IMG/VR virus record: IMGVR_UViG_3300031951_000561
From: a virus
DNA length: 36,924 nucleotides
Direction: 5' to 3' (one strand)
The first letter of the stretch is position 1. Each line of letters opens with the position of its first letter. The notes below the pieces were generated by a model. It did not search any database. It was not told the DNA's origin and saw only the letters and a program-made list of their open reading frames with translations. Shown one piece after another: positions 31,745 to 36,924 of the stretch. A program made the translations under genes and the position numbers.

Positions 31745-31931
31745 TTTTAATGCCCTCCGCTACGGTGATTAGCTTGTTATATGTTTTAATATTAGGCGAT
31801 GCACGGCCAGTTGACCAGTGGCTAACCGCGCCCCGCGATACCTTGGCGCGCTTGCACAGCTCGGTGATGCTGATCCCCGCATCCCAAGCCGCTCGTTTCA
31901 GTTGATTATATAGCTCCTCGTTACTGTACAT
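31725..31931 (-). CDS. XRE/Cro-like helix-turn-helix transcriptional regulator (68 aa)
   Basis: ...ISITELCKRAKVSRGAVSHWSTGRASPNIKTYNKL... is a classic HTH_XRE pattern. First gene next to the divergent promoter region. Confidence 0.75.
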   Translation of the reverse strand: MYSNEELYNQLKRAAWDAGISITELCKRAKVSRGAVSHWSTGRASPNIKTYNKLITVAEGIKNGTFAG

Positions 31932-31960
31932 AACACCTCTATAGTAATGTGACGATTAAC

Positions 31961-31988
31961 ATTTAATTTACAATAGCGATAATGTCAA
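31961..31988 (-). promoter_or_regulatory. leftward sigma70-like promoter: TTGACA, 16-17 nt, TTAAAT/TAAATG
   Basis: Perfect -35 at 31988-31983, with GAGGTG as an SD before ATG 31931. Confidence 0.5.
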
Positions 31989-32023
31989 ATGAAAAAATAA
32001 TAGAAAAAAAATGAAAATAGTTA

Positions 32024-32052
32024 TTGACCGAAGCAAAATGGCTTGGTACAAA
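32024..32052 (+). promoter_or_regulatory. rightward sigma70-like promoter: TTGACC, 17 nt, (TGg)TACAAA
   Basis: -35 at 32024-32029 and an extended -10 at 32044-32052. Lies upstream of ATG 32089. Confidence 0.5.
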
Positions 32053-32088
32053 GGGGCATCAACAAACGCCAACGAAAGGAATCAGAAT

Positions 32089-32334
32089 ATGAAACTTGAT
32101 AATGCAATTAAAAAGCTTTCAAAATACGCGGAATTTAAGCAGCAGGGACAGCAATTTTCTGCCGTTATTGGTCGTTACACAGTTACCTTTTTTAAAAACG
32201 GTCGCAGCGACGAAATAACTTGCATGAGCACGCGCCGAACCATCGATAAATCGGATATGATGACGGATTACTTTCCGCAGATGTATCACCCGACCTTATC
32301 GGCGGCAATTAAATACGCGATTTTTAACAAGTAA
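32089..32334 (+). CDS. hypothetical protein (81 aa), first gene of the rightward unit
   Basis: ATG 32089 preceded by GAAAGGAA. The ATG at 32011 would lie upstream of the predicted promoter. Confidence 0.6.
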   Translation: MKLDNAIKKLSKYAEFKQQGQQFSAVIGRYTVTFFKNGRSDEITCMSTRRTIDKSDMMTDYFPQMYHPTLSAAIKYAIFNK

Positions 32335-32355
32335 GGCATAGGAGGCCGGATTCAT

Positions 32356-32484
32356 ATGAAAAACATCATCATCACCGCGCTACTGGTCAGTAACGTGTTT
32401 ACAGCAGTCATACTGCACGGCTTCACGACTGGAGCCGTGCAGGTACAACCAGCAGATTATTTAACAACTTTGGCCAAGAGGTAA
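32356..32484 (+). CDS. small hydrophobic protein (42 aa), below the ORF-track cutoff
   Basis: MKNIIITALLVSNVFTAVILHGFTTGAVQVQPADYLTTLAKR, with GGAGG upstream. Confidence 0.5.
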   Translation: MKNIIITALLVSNVFTAVILHGFTTGAVQVQPADYLTTLAKR

Positions 32485-32487
32485 TTT

Positions 32488-32790
32488 ATGACGAACACAA
32501 AGCCACAACACACGCCATGGACTTCTGAGTATATTGATCGCCACAATAACAGCGGAGTCCGAGACTCCGAGGGTGACCTTATAGCAATCGGCATGTTCCC
32601 ACATCATGCTAAGCTGTTCGCTGCCGCGCCTGAGCTGTTAAGCGAGTTGGAAGGATATGTTGATGCGGCAGAAAATGGGCTTGGCTGCTGGGTAATCCGA
32701 AACGAAATGAGCGACAAAGACATACAGGAAATTAGGGAAACAATCCGCAAGTCGCGCGATTTAATAGCCAAAGCAAAGGGGGAAGCATGA
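32488..32790 (+). CDS. hypothetical protein (100 aa)
   Basis: ORF track with AAGAGG as an SD. Confidence 0.65.
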   Translation: MTNTKPQHTPWTSEYIDRHNNSGVRDSEGDLIAIGMFPHHAKLFAAAPELLSELEGYVDAAENGLGCWVIRNEMSDKDIQEIRETIRKSRDLIAKAKGEA

Positions 32791-33158
32791 CAAACACACC
32801 GTATTACGATCAATGGCTAGAGGAGCCGTATCAGCGCAGGCAGCGTATCAACGAGCGCTTCCAGTCAATTCAGTCCGTTGCATATGAAGATAAGTGGCTT
32901 GAGCTTACAGACGAGCTTGAGGCAGAGAATTTTGTTTGCTGGCAGATACAGGACGAGCATAAAATTTTGCGCGATATTGTTCATGCGGTGGCCGTATCCC
33001 GTAAAGAGCAGATGGAAGCCAAGGGCAGCGAGCAGGAGCGCAATGATGCAGGCAAGGTCGCACGCCTCAAGGCGTATCAACGCATCAATGCGCTGCTTGA
33101 TATGGAAATCGAAGCCTATGCCGAGCGCGTGGCAGAATCAAAACTATGGGAGGACTAG
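32787..33158 (+). CDS. hypothetical protein (123 aa)
   Basis: ORF track with ATGA coupling. Confidence 0.65.
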   Translation: MTNTPYYDQWLEEPYQRRQRINERFQSIQSVAYEDKWLELTDELEAENFVCWQIQDEHKILRDIVHAVAVSRKEQMEAKGSEQERNDAGKVARLKAYQRINALLDMEIEAYAERVAESKLWED

Positions 33159-33160
33159 AC

Positions 33161-33451
33161 ATGGATGATGTTTACAACCGAATGATTGCTAAGCTGGAAG
33201 GATTGCGCCGTGATTTACCGTATGGGCGTGATTCTAAAGTCACTGAGCTGGTGGCGATGGTCGAAGTCATCAAAGCAGAAAAGCCAGCCAAGAAATCGGA
33301 TTCTTACATGCTGGCCGCTGCCAATAGCATGTTCGACGCAATCGACGCTTTGCTTAACTACATGCCGCAAGAGGACTGGGAGAGGCTGCCGGAGCATATT
33401 CAAAAGGCGCTTATCACCAGCCACCTAAGGGCGGGAGGGTTGCTAAAATGA
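33161..33451 (+). CDS. hypothetical protein (96 aa)
   Basis: ATG 33161 preceded by GGGAGGA. The ATG at 33146 lies inside the SD. Confidence 0.6.
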   Translation: MDDVYNRMIAKLEGLRRDLPYGRDSKVTELVAMVEVIKAEKPAKKSDSYMLAAANSMFDAIDALLNYMPQEDWERLPEHIQKALITSHLRAGGLLK

Positions 33452-33570
33452 GAGAGGCAATCGACATAGCGCTGTTCTTTGCGCTGATGATAGTATTCAT
33501 GGCGGCTTACACGATGATTCCGTATGAGCCTACGATTTACAACGAAGTGATTTATAGGGGTGAACAATGA
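33448..33570 (+). CDS. small membrane protein (40 aa), below the ORF-track cutoff
   Basis: [40 protein letters not shown], with ATGA coupling at both ends. Confidence 0.55.
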   Translation: MREAIDIALFFALMIVFMAAYTMIPYEPTIYNEVIYRGEQ

Positions 33571-34280
33571 CCGAAAAACCAAATGTTTATGAGTGCATCT
33601 CCAAGGTGGTGGGTGAGCTTGCAAAAGAGGGTATATCAAAAAGCAGAAAAGCCGAAACGGGAGTCGGCAATAAAGGGTATATGTTTAGGGGCATTGATGA
33701 CGTTTATAATCATCTCGCGTCTCTTATATCCGAAGCGGGGCTTTGCATATTGCCAAGAGTATTGGCGCGCGAGGTTGTAGAAAGGCAAAGCAAAAACGGA
33801 GCAACGCTGATTTATGTTGTGGTTGATGTGGAATTTGATTTTGTCTCGATGCACGACGGCAGCAAGCACACCGTTAGGATGCTTGGCGAGGCGATGGATA
33901 CTGGGGATAAAGCAACCAACAAGGCCATGTCAGCCGCCTACAAATACGCCTGCTTACAAACCTTCTGCATTCCGACGGAGGGCGATAACGACTCTGAAAA
34001 TCAAACTCACGAGGTCAAGTCAAAGTCGGTTTTCACCAACGCCGCAATGCGCAACACGTGGACTAAAAACACAATTCAGGCAATCAATGCGGCTGAGAAC
34101 AAGGAGGAATTAAAAACCTCGCTTGGCCTGATTCGTGATAAAATGAACGAGATGAAAGCCAGCGGCAACGAATATGACTCGATGGCGTTTGACGAGGTGA
34201 AAAACCAAGCGCAAATCGCCATGACTAAATTCGAGCAGGACGAAGCAATTAAAAATAGCGGATTGGAGGAAAGACAATGA
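33567..34280 (+). CDS. erf: ERF-family single-strand annealing protein (237 aa)
   Basis: ...[14 protein letters not shown]... and ...[31 protein letters not shown]... are ERF signatures. Confidence 0.8.
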   Translation: MTEKPNVYECISKVVGELAKEGISKSRKAETGVGNKGYMFRGIDDVYNHLASLISEAGLCILPRVLAREVVERQSKNGATLIYVVVDVEFDFVSMHDGSKHTVRMLGEAMDTGDKATNKAMSAAYKYACLQTFCIPTEGDNDSENQTHEVKSKSVFTNAAMRNTWTKNTIQAINAAENKEELKTSLGLIRDKMNEMKASGNEYDSMAFDEVKNQAQIAMTKFEQDEAIKNSGLEERQ

Positions 34281-34732
34281 GCGTGAACAAGGTAATTCTG
34301 ATCGGACGGCTTGGCAAAGACCCCGAAGTCCGCAGCACTCAGGACGGGCGGATAATTGTCAATCTATCCGTTGCCACTTCTGAAAGCTGGAAGGATAAAA
34401 CTACGGGCGAGCGCAAGGAAAAATCTGAATGGCACAAGGTTGTTATTTTCAATGATGGCTTATGCAAGGTCGCATCCAGCTACCTAAAGAAAGGCTCTCA
34501 AGTGTATCTCGAAGGCCAGCTTCAGACCCGCAAATGGACGGACAAAGAAGGCGCGGAGAAATACACAACTGAAATCGTGCTGACTCAGTTCGGCGGCGTG
34601 CTTCAGATGCTCGGCAGTGCAAAGGAGTCGCTTTCCACTAAGGATGACTCGCTTCCAGCCAAGGATGACGTAGATGCCGCTTGGAAGAAGGCGGAGCAAG
34701 CATTCACAGACGATACGGAAATACCATTTTAG
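34277..34732 (+). CDS. ssb: single-stranded DNA-binding protein (151 aa)
   Basis: [19 protein letters not shown]... OB-fold pattern with a C-terminal acidic tip ...DDTEIPF. Confidence 0.9.
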   Translation: MSVNKVILIGRLGKDPEVRSTQDGRIIVNLSVATSESWKDKTTGERKEKSEWHKVVIFNDGLCKVASSYLKKGSQVYLEGQLQTRKWTDKEGAEKYTTEIVLTQFGGVLQMLGSAKESLSTKDDSLPAKDDVDAAWKKAEQAFTDDTEIPF

Positions 34733-34734
34733 CC

Positions 34735-35163
34735 ATGCACGTTTACGATGGAGAGATAAAAAAAGGCAAGCTGCCTGAATATGTTTCAAACGGCATTAAG
34801 CGGTTGTTTGAAATGTATGAGGGAAGGCGCATCAAGATAATCATAAGCGAGTACAAAAACCCGCGCTCGTCTAAGCAGAATCGGTTTTACTGGGGTTACG
34901 TTATCCCCGTCATTACCGAGATGTTTAGACAGTGCGGGAACAGCGCCGGAGCCGACGAAGTGCATGAATATCTCAAGCGTCACGTTGGCAAGCTGGTTGA
35001 TGTAATAGAAACGCCAGACGGTCAAAAGAAGTTTATCACTAAGAGCAGCGCCAAGCTGACGACTGAAGAATGGGAAAATTATATTAACGAAATCAGGGCA
35101 TGGGCGGCGCAGTTTGGTGTTGCTGTACCATTCCCGGGGGAGGATTATGATTTACGTTCCTAG
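34735..35163 (+). CDS. ninB: NinB/Orf-like recombination mediator (142 aa)
   Basis: ...PRSSKQNRFYWG... resembles the lambda NinB RSLDQNRKLWA motif. Located after erf-ssb. Confidence 0.55.
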   Translation: MHVYDGEIKKGKLPEYVSNGIKRLFEMYEGRRIKIIISEYKNPRSSKQNRFYWGYVIPVITEMFRQCGNSAGADEVHEYLKRHVGKLVDVIETPDGQKKFITKSSAKLTTEEWENYINEIRAWAAQFGVAVPFPGEDYDLRS

Positions 35164-35338
35164 GTCATATTTGATTGAGCCTAACCGTGTCATCTTGTAT
35201 CGCTGGAAGGCATACAGGAACCATAGCAAAGCTCATTTAATGCCACGCTATGCAGGAAGCGTTTACTGCAGGATTGGCGCGGTAAAGCACGCTATTGGCT
35301 TTGTTTGGATGCTGCTCGGCATGGGGGGTAGGAAATGA
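35147..35338 (+). CDS. hypothetical protein (63 aa)
   Basis: ATG 35147 preceded by GGGGGAGGA. Confidence 0.5.
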   Translation: MIYVPRSYLIEPNRVILYRWKAYRNHSKAHLMPRYAGSVYCRIGAVKHAIGFVWMLLGMGGRK

Positions 35339-35544
35339 GTCATTCCTTCCTCCAGCAAATCCGCAAAGCCAACGAAGTCGCCATAACCTGCTGGCGCGCT
35401 GCTGATAGCTGCAATGATCGGCTATGCCAAATGGCAAGGCGCGAGGAAGCGGAATACGAGCGCAAGTATGGCGTTACGTGGCGGGAAATGGCAACGGTGA
35501 ATTATAACGATTATCTCAACCAAAGAAAGGACAAGGCAATATGA
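35335..35544 (+). CDS. hypothetical protein (69 aa)
   Basis: ORF track with ATGA coupling. Confidence 0.6.
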   Translation: MSHSFLQQIRKANEVAITCWRAADSCNDRLCQMARREEAEYERKYGVTWREMATVNYNDYLNQRKDKAI

Positions 35545-35910
35545 ATATCGATGATTTAATTAAATTAGCGCAGTTACTACAGCCATCAAAAGGCGATCAA
35601 ACGGATGGAAAGCTGCCTCTAGGAAATCAATTTATTGGCAAGTACGTTATTGTGCGTAGCCGCAACGAGGGCATCAATGCCGGGAAAGTACTCGAGCTAG
35701 ACCATACGGGTGTGATTTTGGAGGATGCGCGGAGGCTTTATTATCACAAGCCAGCCAACAAAGAATTGAGCTGGTACGAAGGTGTTGCGCTTGAGGGGCT
35801 GTCTAAGGATTCAAAAGTTGGTGCTGAAGTAACGAAGCTCATTGTTGAAGATTACTCCATTACTGTTTGCACTAAAGAGGCCGAAAAATCCATTCGCGGA
35901 GCAAAAACCA

Positions 35911-35924
<14 letters not shown>
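35541..35924 (+). CDS. hypothetical protein (127 aa)
   Basis: ORF track with ATGA coupling. Its last 32 nt belong to the duplicated unit. Confidence 0.65.
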
Positions 35925-36207
<283 letters not shown>

Positions 36208-36219
36208 TAGAGGATATTT

Positions 36220-36354
36220 ATGGCCATATCAAAAGTGCTTAAGGTATCGCTTGGCTGCGCTGTAGGCGTGCTGGGCGTATTATTCACAGTCGAGGCAGCG
36301 CGTGATTTGATCGGTGCGCTAGAGGACAAAGCAAGAATGGGGAGGGTGAGGTGA
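36220..36354 (+). CDS. 44-aa single-pass membrane protein, copy 1
   Basis: MAISKVLKVSLGCAVGVLGVLFTVEAARDLIGALEDKARMGRVR. GAGGA lies 5 nt upstream. Its TGA overlaps the next GTG. Confidence 0.6.
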   Translation: MAISKVLKVSLGCAVGVLGVLFTVEAARDLIGALEDKARMGRVR

Positions 36355-36425
36355 GCGACAAAATAGAACTAATTATGAAAGACTTTGATTTTATTCGCGG
36401 AGCAAAAACCAATGCCCAAAGTTAA
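36351..36425 (+). CDS. chimeric junction mini-ORF (24 aa): first 14 codons of gene 85-348 fused in frame to the last 10 codons of gene 35541-35924
   Basis: MSDKIELIMKDFDF|IRGAKTNAQS. The junction lies at 36393/36394. Confidence 0.45.
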   Translation: MSDKIELIMKDFDFIRGAKTNAQS

Positions 36426-36738
36426 ATTGAAATCGTTGAGCGTAATTAGCGGCTCCGGCGACGGCTCCGGCTCCGGCTCCGGCTACGGCTACGGCTCCGG
36501 CTACGGCTCCGGCGACGGCTACGGCAACGGCAACGGCTCCGGCTACGGCTCCGGCTACGGCTCCGGCGACGGCTACGGCAACGGCAACGGCTCCGGCGAC
36601 GGCTCCGGCTCCGGCGACGGCTACGGCTCCGGCGACGGCTACGGCTACGGCTACGGCAACGGTTCCGGCTCCGGCTCCGGCTACGGCTACGGCAACGGCA
36701 ACGGCAACGGCAACGGCGACGGCTCCGGCTCCGGCTAA
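36412..36738 (+). CDS. (X-Gly)48 repeat protein, copy 2 (108 aa)
   Basis: Same N-terminus and SD as copy 1, with a longer array. Confidence 0.65.
   Translation: MPKVKLKSLSVISGSGDGSGSGSGYGYGSGYGSGDGYGNGNGSGYGSGYGSGDGYGNGNGSGDGSGSGDGYGSGDGYGYGYGNGSGSGSGYGYGNGNGNGNGDGSGSG
36448..36735 (+). repeat. hexanucleotide array (NNCGGC)48
   Basis: Same unit set as copy 1. The GGT variant sits at 36661-36663. Confidence 0.95.
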
Positions 36739-36750
36739 TAGAGGATATTT

Positions 36751-36885
36751 ATGGCCATATCAAAAGTGCTTAAGGTATCGCTTGGCTGCGCTGTAGGCGT
36801 GCTGGGCGTATTATTCACAGTCGAGGCAGCGCGTGATTTGATCGGTGCGCTAGAGGACAAAGCAAGAATGGGGAGGGTGAGGTGA
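36751..36885 (+). CDS. 44-aa single-pass membrane protein, copy 2 (continuous with 1-88)
   Basis: Identical to 36220-36354. Confidence 0.6.
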   Translation: MAISKVLKVSLGCAVGVLGVLFTVEAARDLIGALEDKARMGRVR

Positions 36886-36924
36886 GCGACAAAATAGAAC
36901 TAATTATGAAAGACTTTGATTTTA
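36882..36924 (+). CDS. 5' part of gene 85-348 (terminal-overlap copy)
   Basis: Identical to 85-127. Confidence 0.6.
   Translation, partial: MSDKIELIMKDFDF

Larger units (their letters stand above)
36394..36924. repeat. tandem duplication unit 2 (531 bp)
   Basis: Same flanks as unit 1, with an array 5 hexamers longer. Continues into window position 128. Confidence 0.9.

Noticed and set aside
32011-32088. Upstream ATG (32011) extending the first rightward gene by 26 codons.
   Set aside because: The extension would start upstream of the predicted -35/-10 (32024-32052) and lacks an SD. ATG 32089 has GAAAGGAA upstream.

Overview
The window is a complete, circularly closed genome of a tailed dsDNA phage. 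Bases 1-127 repeat exactly at 36798-36924, leaving about 36,797 bp of unique sequence. The head module is HK97-type (TerS/TerL, portal, MuF-like protein, prohead protease, major capsid). The tail is non-contractile (major tail protein, G/GT chaperone with a G_GGA_AAG -1 frameshift, tape measure, tip proteins, two fibres). An Rz gene with an embedded Rz1 lipoprotein points to a Gram-negative host. One divergent control region at about 31.93-32.09 kb drives two units. The minus-strand unit (about 27 kb, 31931 down to 4840) carries a Cro-like HTH, small early genes, RusA, a DUF1376-type replication initiator, DnaB, packaging, head, tail and lysis genes, and a DEDDy exonuclease. The plus-strand unit (about 9.7 kb, 32089 through the window end into 1-4970) carries ERF, SSB, a NinB-like protein, many small unknown genes, an ASCH protein and a PP-loop-like enzyme. 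Genes are tightly packed with frequent ATGA/GTGA stop-start overlaps. I saw no integrase or CI-type lysogeny module, no tRNA and no CRISPR array. The most unusual element lies at 35.9-36.9 kb. It is a tandemly duplicated cassette of about 0.5 kb. Each copy encodes a perfect (X-Gly)n protein (X = S/D/Y/N) written in an NNCGGC hexanucleotide array (43 versus 48 units), followed by a coupled 44-aa membrane protein. The duplication junction creates an in-frame chimeric mini-ORF. Other points of interest: an AT-rich three-ORF insertion between portal and MuF containing an in-frame TGA; iteron-like repeats inside the initiator gene; a promoter with a structured leader carrying CTTAGACC repeats; a lysis cassette with a C-terminally anchored RNNNPGNI-motif enzyme plus an N-terminally truncated GH24 lysozyme homologue; and convergently overlapping genes where the two units meet. 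All functional calls come from motif recognition by eye, since no searches could be run.
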